A DNA stretch of 47,496 nucleotides from Waddliaceae bacterium (GCA_963783885.1 CAWAPJ010000022.1:1-47496), one strand, 5' to 3'. Positions 20,513-32,296 are shown, counted from the first letter of the stretch. The notes: generated by a model from the sequence alone, not told the origin. A program made the numbers and translations.

Positions 20513-21319
20513 GTGAAGAAATGGTTTTTTTTGTCCTTCATGCTCATCGCTTTTTCGGTCCATGCGTGGCTAAGCGAACCTTCCTTGGAAATGGAGCGGG
20601 AAGTCGCCCCTTACCTGCTTCCCGAAGACCATCCGGCAGCCGAAATTCTCGATGAACTCTTTGGAGTCAAGAGAGTCACGGCGAAATTGCGTTCTTTAGA
20701 ACGGGACGGATTTTACGACATTGATTTGAGAAAACGAGGTGTTGTTTTTGCCAGACATCCCAAACTGCCGGGCTATGTTCTGAAAATGGTCCTCGATTAC
20801 ACCGGCCATTCAACCGACAAATGGACGGGATCTTTCCGCATGCAGGACGAATATATCGAATTTACAGGCCGAGTAAGAAAGCGGAATGAAATCCAGCAGT
20901 TGATTGACGATTATCATCTCGAAGCCTTTACTACCCCAAAAAAATGGATTTATCCGATTCCCACACACACCGACCCACCCAAAAATCCCACGATGATCAA
21001 AAAGTTTTATATTTTGATAGCCGAAGATATGGATATTGAGCCTTTTCCTATAACTTTTGATCTTTGGAAAACAACTTTTAATCAAGATATGGTCGATGAC
21101 TACTTCTTTATTGTCACCAGCTTGAAATTACGCGATCTCGGGCCGCCCAACCAAAGCTTCACCAAGTCCGGTTTTTTGGCTTTTATCGACACCAAAGACT
21201 GGCCGGAAGATCAATGGGACAATTTAAAGAGAGTTCCCAAATTTTTAAGCGAAGAAATGGGAAATTACTGGAAAACCCTTCTTGAAAACGGCCTCCCCGA
21301 AGATAAGTATTCTCAATAA
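20513..21319 (+). CDS. Secreted hypothetical protein with atypical kinase-like motifs
   Basis: Signal peptide ending SVHA; GYVLK, RDLGPPN and AFIDT occur in protein-kinase-like order. Confidence 0.5.
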   Translation: MKKWFFLSFMLIAFSVHAWLSEPSLEMEREVAPYLLPEDHPAAEILDELFGVKRVTAKLRSLERDGFYDIDLRKRGVVFARHPKLPGYVLKMVLDYTGHSTDKWTGSFRMQDEYIEFTGRVRKRNEIQQLIDDYHLEAFTTPKKWIYPIPTHTDPPKNPTMIKKFYILIAEDMDIEPFPITFDLWKTTFNQDMVDDYFFIVTSLKLRDLGPPNQSFTKSGFLAFIDTKDWPEDQWDNLKRVPKFLSEEMGNYWKTLLENGLPEDKYSQ

Positions 21320-21654
21320 TTTCAACCCGATCTTAATGCTTACAAGTTCATAGAGGTTTGACTTTTAACAAAGATGCCTTAGACTAGATTTTTCCGTTTT
21401 TTTATCTTGGAGGTAAGCCATGATCAGACCGATGAATGAGGGGAAATCCAAAAGTTGATTCAGGACAAGGACCCTGAAGATTTGAGCCCCATTACAAACC
21501 AAATCGAGCCGAGATCGTGTTGCACGACTAACATGAAAATTGCCGCCGTTGCCGCAGGTATTATGAGTCTTTTTTTTGGTGCGACATTTATTTATCTTTC
21601 ATTTGTGGTCACAGACCCTTTCAGTCCTAAGACCCTGATTGCTACCTAAACCTT

Positions 21655-21764
21655 AGCTAGAGCTTACACGAGTGCGCCAGATACAACTGTAGCGTCGACG
21701 GCAAGGGTAATCCCTTGCCGAGGCGCTACAGGCAGTAGATGGTGTGCTCGTGTAAGCTCTAGCT
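21655..21764 (+). repeat. 110-nt imperfect palindrome just inside the left IS end
   Basis: 18-bp perfect arms AGCTAGAGCTTACACGAG, inner arms TGTAGCG/CGCTACA, and core CGGCAAGGG-TAAT-CCCTTGCCG (21699-21720). Confidence 0.85.
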
Positions 21765-22598
21765 GAGCTCCCCTTTGCATAAAAACGAAACACTATAGGC
21801 AAGAATTGCACAGAATACTTTTATCAAAAAGCCTTGTTCAGTGCAGAACTTAAAAGTTCTGGGGAAAAGGTTTGTTATGCAGCTAAATGTCGTCTCGACA
21901 ATCTGTCGCTTGCTGCTAATTTCCCTCTCTTCAATTGGTGTTCGGACTCTATTCTTTGCTTTACATCCCCGTTTTGCAAGCAATGTAATTTGTTCTTCTT
22001 TCAAGATGTCTTCTAAATCAAAGCAATTATACGCACCATCTGCATAAAGTTTAGAATCTGGTGGAATGTCCAGTTTCATTTCCCAGAGCACCTTTACATC
22101 GCTTACTGCTCCTGGCTTGAAAAGAACTTCAACCGGCTTGCCTTCGCTCGTCACAATCATATGAACTTTTATGCCGCAAAAGTAACGCTTTTTAGAAGCT
22201 GCGAAACCTAAATACCTTCGTTCTAGAAAAACCTTCCGTTTATCGATTCTATTTTTCTGACAACATGAAACTGGAAAGCTGTCTATAGCAAAACCCTGAT
22301 CTTTATTTATTTGCTTAAAAAATAGAGCTAAAAAACGGAAAATGGCGTTCCAACAAATCCAAGGAATTTTATGAATTCGGCGATTTAGCCGGCTATTGCT
22401 TAAAATAGCTCTGAATAATCGTAATCTTTTACATAAATATCTGGACATTTTATAGTTACAAGAAAAATATTTTGCTGATAAAATAGCAAAAGTTATCACT
22501 TCTGCGTTGGACATTTGAGATTGAGGATCGTCTTTAATCCCCAAAATTCGAAGGATTTCTTCGCTGATGACATAAACTGTTGTTGCGTAAGTTTCCAT
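21759..22598 (-). CDS. IS982-family DDE transposase
   Basis: 279 aa, with MSNAEVIT, SRLNRR, IDSFPV (D), YFCGIKVH, YADGAY (D) and KRQIVETTFS (E). Confidence 0.93.
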   Translation of the reverse strand: METYATTVYVISEEILRILGIKDDPQSQMSNAEVITFAILSAKYFSCNYKMSRYLCKRLRLFRAILSNSRLNRRIHKIPWICWNAIFRFLALFFKQINKDQGFAIDSFPVSCCQKNRIDKRKVFLERRYLGFAASKKRYFCGIKVHMIVTSEGKPVEVLFKPGAVSDVKVLWEMKLDIPPDSKLYADGAYNCFDLEDILKEEQITLLAKRGCKAKNRVRTPIEEREISSKRQIVETTFSCITNLFPRTFKFCTEQGFLIKVFCAILAYSVSFLCKGELS

Positions 22599-22639
22599 GA
22601 TGCCCCCTTTTTTTGGCTAAGGAAGTATCATAGAGACTA

Positions 22640-22756
22640 TTGTCGTTAAAATCTTTCATTGAATTCATCTGCTAAGCCTCGATTATCGGCAAGGGATTAC
22701 CCTTGCCTTCAAATCGAGTCTACGCATCTGAATCCAACGAAAGACTTTAACAACAA
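22640..22756 (-). repeat. 117-nt imperfect palindrome just inside the right IS end (upstream of the transposase)
   Basis: 28-bp outer stem with 4 non-Watson-Crick positions, all G-T on the minus strand. The minus strand carries the same core GGCAAGGG-TAAT-CCCTTGCC. Confidence 0.85.
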
Positions 22757-22992
22757 GTTTAGGTAGCAATCAGGGTCTAAGGATGATGCTGATACAGCGC
22801 GTGAATGGACAGTATTGAGTGCTGTCCAATTCATAACGGGAATGTTGCTCCTTGAACTCCCTGTGTCTTTTGGCGGTCTCTATGGACTAAAAGTCTGCCT
22901 CAATAAAAGATATTCAATCTGATGTTGATTTTTACAGAGGAGGCTGTTTTTTATTTTTATCCCTCACTCCGCGTCTCTGCGACCCCTCTCCT

Positions 22993-23026
22993 CCGCGTTG
23001 AAATTTTTCAAATAATAAATTCACGG
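22993..23026 (+). repeat. Dispersed intergenic repeat, copy 1 (inverted copy at 36515-36548)
   Basis: The 34 bp CCGCGTTGAAATTTTTCAAATAATAAATTCACGG is identical to the reverse complement of 36515-36548. Confidence 0.85.
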
Positions 23027-23052
23027 AATTTAAGGAGAACCCTGCATGCGGA

Positions 23053-23081
23053 TTGCAAATAATCAAGGATTTAAGTATAAT
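23053..23081 (+). promoter_or_regulatory. Near-consensus sigma66/sigma70 promoter
   Basis: TTGCAA-17bp-TATAAT, ending 7 bp before ATG 23089. Confidence 0.65.
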
Positions 23082-23088
23082 TTTTATT

Positions 23089-23385
23089 ATGCTGGAACAA
23101 GACAATTTCAAAAAAAAGCTTAACGAAATCGAGCGGCAGAATGAGGCCTTCGAGCGAGAGAAAAAGAAAATATTCGACGATCTCGGACTCACCCCTGCCC
23201 TCATTCATGAAGCCCTTAAAGATCCTTCGCAATATTCCGAAAGCGAGTGGCAAACTTTGCAATCCCTGAAAAAGGATTTGGACGAACAACTCCGAATGAA
23301 GCTCGACAATATTCGCAATGTCGAAAAATCAAAGAAAAATCTCGAAAGCCTCAGCCTTCCCCCCTGGGCCCTCTTCTGCAAATAA
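23089..23385 (+). CDS. Hypothetical coiled-coil protein (98 aa)
   Basis: Charged helical ORF MLEQDNFKKKLNEIERQ...; ATG 23089 is preferred because the ORF-track TTG start is the -35 box. Confidence 0.65.
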   Translation: MLEQDNFKKKLNEIERQNEAFEREKKKIFDDLGLTPALIHEALKDPSQYSESEWQTLQSLKKDLDEQLRMKLDNIRNVEKSKKNLESLSLPPWALFCK

Positions 23386-24915
23386 TCAATACGCTTTAGC
23401 AAAGATGGCGTCAGGTGTCGCCGGCCTTCCCGTCAGGATGCACTTTCCTTGCGTGCCGGTCTGTTCAAGGGGCAGACAGCGGATCGTTACCTGAAGCTCT
23501 TTGAGCCTCTCCTCGGTCGACTCATCCCCGCACCACTTGGCTTTGACAAATCCGCCGTGGATTTCAGGCTTGTCTTTATTCTTGGGTGTGAAGAACTCTT
23601 TAAGCTCGTCGAACGTCTCGATATCCTCGCGGAGGTGCTGGTCGCGGTAAGTTTTGGCTTGGTTGAAGTAAGACTGCTGAATCTCATCTAACCAATTGAC
23701 AAATTGAGAAGGGATTTGATCGACAGCCATGCTTTGTTTGTTCTTGTGGTCTTGATCCCTTCTGGCAACCATAGCCTTTTGATTTTCCATATCCCGAGGA
23801 CCAACTTCTATACGAAGCGGAACGCCTTTTTTGATCCATTCCCAATTCTTTTCCCCACCGCGAATATCCCGTTTATCGACGTTGACGATGACCGGCTGGC
23901 CGTGGTAGGTGAGCTCTCGTAGCGATGAAGCAAGCGCCTCGGCATAGGCGAAAACTTTTGACTCGAGTTCTTCGGAGGGAACCACAGGAATGATGACTGC
24001 ATGAGCGGGAGCGATGCGCGGAGGAAGGCGGAGGCCGTCGTCATCGGAGTGCATCATCACGATGCCGCCGATCAGCCGGGTCGTCACACCCCATGAAGTG
24101 GTGTAGGCATATTCCACATTCCCCTCTTTCGAAGTGAACTTAATATCGGACGCCTTGGCAAAATTTTGTCCCAGGAAATGAGACGTCCCCGCCTGAAGCG
24201 CTTTGCGGTCCTGCATCATCGCCTCGAGGGTGAAGGTGTTGTCGGCGCCTGGAAATCTCTCGCCGGGAGACTTTTCGCCGATAATCACCGGCATGGCCAG
24301 CCTCTCTTCGACAAACTTGCGGTACATCTCCAAAATCGACAGCGTCTCATTCATCGCTTCCTGTTTCGTTGCGTGGACAGTATGACCTTCTTGCCACAAA
24401 AACTCTGTTGTCCGCAAAAAGATGCGGGGCCTCATTTCCCACCGGACAACATTGGCCCACTGATTGATGAGCAGGGGCAGGTCGCGATAAGACTCGACCC
24501 AGCGGGAATAACAGTCTCCAATGATCGTTTCGGATGTCGGACGGACGATTAGCGGCTCTTCCAACTCACCGCAGGGGACGAGTTTTCCGTCCCTCTCTTC
24601 GAGGCGGTGATGGGTCACGACGGCGCACTCTTTAGCAAATCCTTCGACATGCGACGCTTCCCGTTCCAAAAAACTTAGAGGGATAAAGAGGGGAAAGTAG
24701 GCATTGACATGTCCCAGCCGTTTAATTTCACGGTCAAGTCCTCCCTGAATATTTTCCCAAATTGAAAAACCCCAGGGTTTTATAATCATAGAACCCCTGA
24801 CCGGAGAATTCTCCGCCAGGTCGCAAATCTTCACAACCTGCTGGTACCATTCGGGATAGTCTTCCTCTCTTCGAGGGGAAATCGCGTTTTTTGGCTTTTT
24901 TTCGGTCATCTGCAT
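23386..24915 (-). CDS. proS: Proline--tRNA ligase (archaeal/eukaryotic-like type)
   Basis: DYPEWYQQVV, RPTSET, NQWANVVRWEMRPRIFLRTTEFLWQEGHT, QAGTSHFLGQNF and C-terminal FAKAY. The start is probably 24915 or 24909. Confidence 0.95.
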   Translation of the reverse strand: MQMTEKKPKNAISPRREEDYPEWYQQVVKICDLAENSPVRGSMIIKPWGFSIWENIQGGLDREIKRLGHVNAYFPLFIPLSFLEREASHVEGFAKECAVVTHHRLEERDGKLVPCGELEEPLIVRPTSETIIGDCYSRWVESYRDLPLLINQWANVVRWEMRPRIFLRTTEFLWQEGHTVHATKQEAMNETLSILEMYRKFVEERLAMPVIIGEKSPGERFPGADNTFTLEAMMQDRKALQAGTSHFLGQNFAKASDIKFTSKEGNVEYAYTTSWGVTTRLIGGIVMMHSDDDGLRLPPRIAPAHAVIIPVVPSEELESKVFAYAEALASSLRELTYHGQPVIVNVDKRDIRGGEKNWEWIKKGVPLRIEVGPRDMENQKAMVARRDQDHKNKQSMAVDQIPSQFVNWLDEIQQSYFNQAKTYRDQHLREDIETFDELKEFFTPKNKDKPEIHGGFVKAKWCGDESTEERLKELQVTIRCLPLEQTGTQGKCILTGRPATPDAIFAKAY

Positions 24916-25005
24916 ATGGTCCTTCAAAAATATTTTCAAGGATTGACTATAACATATCCACGAGTATTTGGACAGATTATTTGCTAATAACGTATAAGTG
25001 TTTTT

Positions 25006-26454
25006 ATGAAAAAAAGTCTGCACTATCCCCTAATTGTCGTTGGAGCGGGCGCCGGAGGCCTGGTCCCGGCAATTGGGTGGGCCAGAGCGGGTAAAAAAGT
25101 TTTGTTGATTGAAAAGGGAAATTACGGCGGCGATTGCACAAATTTCGGCTGCATCCCGAGCAAAGCGACGATCGCGGCCGCCGAAACGGCTCATGCCCTT
25201 GCCCGGGCAAAAGATATGGGTATCGAAGCGGCCAGTACCTTCGACGCAAAGGGGGCTTTGGCTAGGACAAAAGAAATCGTCCGAAGGGTGCGGCAAGAAG
25301 AAGAGCCCGAAGCCCTTGCGAAGCTTGGCGTGGATACCCTGACCGGCTTGGCCTCATTTGCCGATCCCCGGACACTGGATGTGGTGACAGAAGGTGGGGC
25401 GACTATCCGTGTCTTAGGAGAGACCATCATCTTAGCGACGGGCTCCTATCCGGCAAAGCCAGACATTGATGGAATCGACGAAGTCCCCTATTTGACCAAT
25501 GAAACGGTGTTCAACCTTGCCGAAGTTCCTGAAAGACTGGCCGTTCTCGGCGGGGGCCCTATCGGATGCGAACTCGCCCAGGCCTTCTCCCGGCTCGGCT
25601 CAAAGGTCACGCTCATCCAACATGCTCCCCAATTGCTCATGAAAGAAGAGCTTGAAAGCCAAAAAGTGATTGAAGAGACGTTCCGGAAAGAGGGAATTGA
25701 GCTTTTTCTGTCCCATGAGCCGAAAAAAATTGCGACGAAAGAGGGCCGCCTGATTATCACTTACTGCGACAAATCCAATGATAAAGAGTTGACATGCCAA
25801 GCCACCCATCTTCTCGTGGCGGCCGGCAGGAAACCTGCACTTGAAAAACTCAATCTGAAAGATGCGGGAGTTGCCTGCCATAAAAAGGGAATTCAAGTTG
25901 ACGGGTATGGCCGTACGAGCCAAAGGCATATCTGGGCAATTGGAGACTGCACCGGACAGGCTCCATTCACTCATATGGCCGAACATGCCGGCAGAAGAGT
26001 TCTTTACAATCTGCTCGTTCCGCGGCTTCTTTGGAAAAAAGAGAAACAACCCTGGAATGTCCCGCGGGTCACATTCACTGATCCGGAAATTGCGGCTTTT
26101 GGACTGCTTGAAAAAGAAGCTGTGGAGAAATATGGAAAGAACAAGCTGGCGATTTACCACTTTCCGTTTTCGAAATTGGACAGGGCGGCCGCGACAGGGA
26201 GAACGGAAGGTTTTGTCAAGGTGATCACAAAAAAATGGAGCAGTAAAATTGTCGGAGCAACTGTTGCGGGGCCAAGGGCCGGGGAAATGCTCCTCGAACT
26301 CGAGACAGCCATGTATGCTAGGCTCCCTTTGCGCAAATTGGCCGATGTCATCCACCCCTATCCGACCTATAGCCTCGCTATCCGAAAAGCCGCCGATATG
26401 TGGCTGAGCGAAACACTGCTGCCCGCACTTAAAAAATTTTCAGGAAAAAAATGA
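25006..26454 (+). CDS. Pyridine nucleotide-disulfide oxidoreductase (Lpd/MerA-like family)
   Basis: GAGAGG FAD motif, GGDCTNFGCIPSK redox disulfide, GGGPIGCE and IHPYPT. There is no C-terminal CC pair. Confidence 0.88.
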   Translation: MKKSLHYPLIVVGAGAGGLVPAIGWARAGKKVLLIEKGNYGGDCTNFGCIPSKATIAAAETAHALARAKDMGIEAASTFDAKGALARTKEIVRRVRQEEEPEALAKLGVDTLTGLASFADPRTLDVVTEGGATIRVLGETIILATGSYPAKPDIDGIDEVPYLTNETVFNLAEVPERLAVLGGGPIGCELAQAFSRLGSKVTLIQHAPQLLMKEELESQKVIEETFRKEGIELFLSHEPKKIATKEGRLIITYCDKSNDKELTCQATHLLVAAGRKPALEKLNLKDAGVACHKKGIQVDGYGRTSQRHIWAIGDCTGQAPFTHMAEHAGRRVLYNLLVPRLLWKKEKQPWNVPRVTFTDPEIAAFGLLEKEAVEKYGKNKLAIYHFPFSKLDRAAATGRTEGFVKVITKKWSSKIVGATVAGPRAGEMLLELETAMYARLPLRKLADVIHPYPTYSLAIRKAADMWLSETLLPALKKFSGKK

Positions 26455-27155
26455 GAAAATATATCAACTGGCTTCCCATAATCATAATTTTCTTAATGAT
26501 GATTGCCGCTTACTTTTTGGGCGCGGCCGACTATTTTACTTATGGTATGCTCAAAGAACGGCACATGACCCTCGAAATATTAGTCAAAGAGCACTACTTT
26601 TCTGCTTCGGCGATTTTTATCGCCACCTATATTGTATCCACTGCCTTGTCGCTTCCGGTCGGCATTTATATCAGCCTGATCGGGGGATTTCTCTTTGCTC
26701 AGCCCTGGAGCACTCTCTATGTTGTTTTCGGCGCGACAATCGGGGCCTGCATTTTATTCCTGGCGGCAAAAACCGCTTTAAGAGATTTACTGATCCAAGA
26801 ATATTCCGAAACATTTTCAAAAATGAAAGATGGCTTTAACGAAAACGCCGCCAGCTATTTGCTTTTTCTCCGCTTTGTTCCCGTATTCCCCTTTTGGCTT
26901 GTCAATCTGGCGCCCGCTTTATTCGGAGTGCGGTTTTGGACTTTTGTCTGGACGACGGCTCTAGGCATTGCTCCGGCAGCTTTTGTTTTCACGCAATTCG
27001 GCGCGGGACTGGGCGCTGTATTCGAAGGGAAAAAAGAATTTTCTCTAAACAATGTCTTCAACAACGATGTGAAGATAGCCCTTGCAGGACTGGCGATTCT
27101 TGTGTTAATACCTGTAGTCGTCAAAATGATACGTAAAAGGAATAATAATGCTTGA
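26451..27155 (+). CDS. TVP38/TMEM64 (DedA/VTT) family membrane protein
   Basis: GGFLF, GATIGA and YLLFLRFVPVFPFWLVNL motifs. Confidence 0.9.
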   Translation: MRKYINWLPIIIIFLMMIAAYFLGAADYFTYGMLKERHMTLEILVKEHYFSASAIFIATYIVSTALSLPVGIYISLIGGFLFAQPWSTLYVVFGATIGACILFLAAKTALRDLLIQEYSETFSKMKDGFNENAASYLLFLRFVPVFPFWLVNLAPALFGVRFWTFVWTTALGIAPAAFVFTQFGAGLGAVFEGKKEFSLNNVFNNDVKIALAGLAILVLIPVVVKMIRKRNNNA

Positions 27156-27710
27156 GCATTACTTAAGACCGCGGATGGAACCTCTATTTTTTCATCCCCT
27201 CGCAAAACTCGTAGGCAGAACAAAAGCGGCGCCTACTTTAATCACCCTTTTCAGTCTCGCCTTAGGCATCGCAGTGATACCCTTCATGCTTTTTAGGCTC
27301 CCCCTTGCGGCAGTCGGCATGCTTTGGCTCTCGGGCCTTGCCGACGTTGTCGATGGGAGTTTGGCCAGGCTATCTAATCGAACGACCCCTTTTGGAACGA
27401 TACTCGATATTGTCTCCGACCGCATCGTTGAGTTTTCCGTCGTCCTGGCCCTTTTCCTAATCGATCCTAATAGAGCTTTTGTGTGCCTGATGATGCTGGG
27501 GAGCATACTCGTCTGCGTTACCTCCTTTTTGGTCTGCGGCATTGTCTCTGAAAAAACAGGCCAGAAAAGTTTCTACTACAATCCCGGACTCATAGAAAGA
27601 GCCGAAGCATTTATTTTCTTTACCCTGATGATTCTGTTTCCGAAAGCTTTTTATTTTTGGGGATGGACTTTTGTTTTTTTCGTTTTTCTGACTGCCCTGC
27701 TCCACATAGG

Positions 27711-29536
<1,826 letters not shown>

Positions 29537-29537
<1 letters not shown>

Positions 29538-30910
29538 TATGGTTTTCCTATTGATTTCTCGATGCTATGAGCAATGCTTGCCGCGTGTTTTTCAACAGTC
29601 TTAGCGACAGGTCCCTCCACCATAACGCGGCAAATATTTTCCGTCCCCGAATACCGGACCAGGACCCTTCCATTGCCTTCGAGTTCTTTTTCCACACGCG
29701 CGATTTCCCGCTGCACATCTTTCAATTTTTCCAAAGGAGGCTTGGAGGAGATCTCGACATTTATCAGACACTGAGGATGCAATTTGACCTGCTGCTTCAA
29801 CTCTGAAAGCGGCATATCCCTTTCGATCATGATGCTCAAAACTTGAAGAGCGGCAATCAAAGCGTCGCCCGTGGTGTTGTGCTCGAGGCAGATGATGTGC
29901 CCGCTCTGCTCGCCCCCTAAAATAGCATCGTTACCCCGCATCTCCTGAATCACATAGCGGTCCCCGACTTTCGATTGAATCACTTCGATTCCGGCTTCTT
30001 TCAACGAACGGATCAGGCCAAAGTTGCTCATCACTGTTGTCACCACCCGGTCATTCTTGAGCAGCCCTTTTTCTTTGAGATCCAAAGCAAGGATGCCTAA
30101 AATCACATCCCCGTCGACAATTTGAGCTTTTTCATCCACCAAGATCACCCGGTCGCCGTCGCCGTCTAAGGCGATGCCCACATGAGCGTGATGGTCAATG
30201 ACCCTTTTTTGCACAAGTTCCAGATGGAGAGATCCGCAGCCCAGATTGATATTCAAGCCGTTGGGCTGGATCCCGTAAGAATGCATTTCGGCTCCAAGCT
30301 CCCAAAATACATGAGGAGCAATACGATAGGCCGCACCGTTGGAGCAATCCAATACAATCCTCATATTGTTTAGGGTCATGTGCTTGGGGAACGTCGATTT
30401 GACAAATTCGGTATACCTTCCATCGGCGTCGCGCACCTTGGCATTCCTGCCGATATCCTGATCCGCAGGGAGATCCCTGTCGAAATGATTCTTGTAAACA
30501 ATCTCTTCGATTTCCTTTTCAATTTTGTCGGCAAGCTTAAAGCCCTCCGAAGAAAAGAACTTGATCCCATTGTCGTAGAAGGGATTATGCGAGGCGGAAA
30601 TCACTATGCCGGCATCAGCCCGATAGGCCCTTGTGATAAACGCCACACCCGGCGTCGGGAAGGGCCCCAGCATCAGCGTATCGACGCCCATAGAACAGAG
30701 TCCGGAGATCAGAGCGTTTTCAAACATATAGCACGAAAGCCGGGTATCCTTTCCGATCACGACTCTATGCCTTCCGTCATGCCGGCGAAAGATCCTCCCC
30801 GCGGCTCTGCCTAGAGCCAGCGCTACTTCAACAGTCATCGGAAAGCAGTTCGCCTTTCCTCTGACTCCATCGGTTCCGAAAATTCTGACTTTTTCTTTCC
30901 CACGCCTCAT
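29537..30910 (-). CDS. glmM: Phosphoglucosamine mutase
   Basis: FGTDGVRG, ISASHNPFYDNGIK, DGDGDR, GGEQSGH and RYSGTE. The start is probably ATG 30910. Confidence 0.96.
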
Positions 30911-30973
30911 ATATTCTTTAAAATTAATCGATATCCTTCTCATAATCAAGGAAAATTTAAGCTTATCCCTCAT

Positions 30974-31002
30974 TTGACTTTATACTCAATTTCCTTTAAA
31001 TT
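30974..31002 (+). promoter_or_regulatory. Putative sigma66/sigma70 promoter for the pcnB-lpxB operon
   Basis: TTGACT-17bp-TAAATT upstream of AAGGAG and GTG 31034. Confidence 0.45.
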
Positions 31003-31033
31003 AAGGGGTTTGTAAGGAGAAGAAGCCCCTCAC

Positions 31034-32296
31034 GTGGAACCGAATATTTATTTATTTGAAGATCATGGCATAAATCACAACCTCATCGACCCGGACGCTT
31101 TATTTATCGTCAACAAACTGAGGGATTCAGGTTTTACCGCATACCTGGTCGGCGGATGCGTCCGCGATATCCTAGTCGATGAAAAACCGAAAGATTTCGA
31201 TATTTCCACATCGGCGCTGCCGGAACAAATCAAGCAGATTTTCAAGAAAAACTGCCTGCTGATTGGCCGCCGTTTCCGTCTGGCCCACATCAGGTTTGGA
31301 AAAAAAGTTTTTGAAGTCTCCACTTTCCGCGCCGGAAATATCGAAGACAGCGAACTGATTATACGAGACAATGAATGGGGAACGCCGAAAGAAGACGCGA
31401 TCCGAAGAGATTTCAGCATCAACGGCCTGTTTTACGACCCCTACCACCAAACCGTTATTGACTATGTCAACGGCTGGGAAGACTTAAAACAGGGCATCAT
31501 ACGCTCTATCGGCAATCCGGATACACGCTTTAAACAAGATCCCGTCCGAATGATACGCCTTTTGAAATTCCAGGCGCGGTTTGACTGGAAAATCGACTCT
31601 GAATGTCTTGAAGCTCTGGAAAACTGCCGTGAAGACATCAAAAAAAGCGCTCCCGCGCGCATTTTAGAAGAGCTGCTGAGAATGCTTGAATCGGGGCATG
31701 CCGCCGATTTTATCCGGCTTCTTTCCAAACATAAAATACTCGCCCTTCTCATCCCGAAACTCGACGAGTTTCTCACAACCGAGGATGGAAAACAGATTTT
31801 CAATTTTCTCGAAACCATTGATGAAATCCATCGCCGCAATCCAAAGGTCAAACTCAAACGCCCCCTTCTAATCGGATGCCTGATTTTCCCTTTTGTCCAA
31901 AAAGAAGTTGAAGAGAGGTTTTTGAAGTCGGGAAAGATGCCGAATCTCGGCGAACTGACCATACTCGTCGGTTCTTTGATTCGGGAATTCATGGCCTCAA
32001 GCTTCACTCATTTTCCAAAAAAGCTGTCGGCTGCAACGACTTATACCATCACAACGCAATACAGGCTGACCCCTCTGGAGAAGAAAAAAAAGACCAGGTT
32101 CAAATTCCTTCATGACAAGGATTTTCCTCTTGCGCTCAAGTTTCTGAAGATTCGGGCTCTGATGGACGAAGAGCTTGCTGAAATCTATTTCAAATGGGAA
32201 AATATGTTTAAAAAAATGAAGCACCACCATCCCGACAAAAAGCCCAAATATGTATCCAGGCGGAGAGGAAAGAAAAGTGGCCAAAGATCAAATTGA
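31034..32296 (+). CDS. pcnB: Poly(A) polymerase I
   Basis: VGGCVRD, PKDFD, the PAP-specific LIGRRFRLAHIRF, RRDFSIN and QDPVRMIR. Confidence 0.92.
   Translation: MEPNIYLFEDHGINHNLIDPDALFIVNKLRDSGFTAYLVGGCVRDILVDEKPKDFDISTSALPEQIKQIFKKNCLLIGRRFRLAHIRFGKKVFEVSTFRAGNIEDSELIIRDNEWGTPKEDAIRRDFSINGLFYDPYHQTVIDYVNGWEDLKQGIIRSIGNPDTRFKQDPVRMIRLLKFQARFDWKIDSECLEALENCREDIKKSAPARILEELLRMLESGHAADFIRLLSKHKILALLIPKLDEFLTTEDGKQIFNFLETIDEIHRRNPKVKLKRPLLIGCLIFPFVQKEVEERFLKSGKMPNLGELTILVGSLIREFMASSFTHFPKKLSAATTYTITTQYRLTPLEKKKKTRFKFLHDKDFPLALKFLKIRALMDEELAEIYFKWENMFKKMKHHHPDKKPKYVSRRRGKKSGQRSN

Larger units (their letters stand above)
21632..22776 (-). mobile_element. IS982-family insertion sequence (1145 bp)
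   Basis: Perfect 20-bp TIRs ACCCTGATTGCTACCTAAAC (21632-21651 / 22757-22776) begin with the IS982-type ACCC. The 5-bp target duplication CTAAG is at 21627-21631 and 22777-22781. Confidence 0.93.
21420..22922 (+). pseudogene. Small bilobed-hydrophobic (Inc-like) membrane protein gene, interrupted by IS982 and apparently frameshifted
   Basis: GGAGG precedes ATG 21420. Removing the IS and one CTAAG copy joins ...VVTDPFSPK to DDADTAREWTVLSAVQFITGMLLLELPVSFGGLYGLKVCLNKRYSI* in frame (TGA 22920-22922). One base appears to be missing in the A-run at 21450-21453. Confidence 0.75.

Noticed and set aside
25006-26454. Mercuric reductase merA
   Set aside because: No C-terminal Cys-Cys pair, no NmerA domain and no mer operon.
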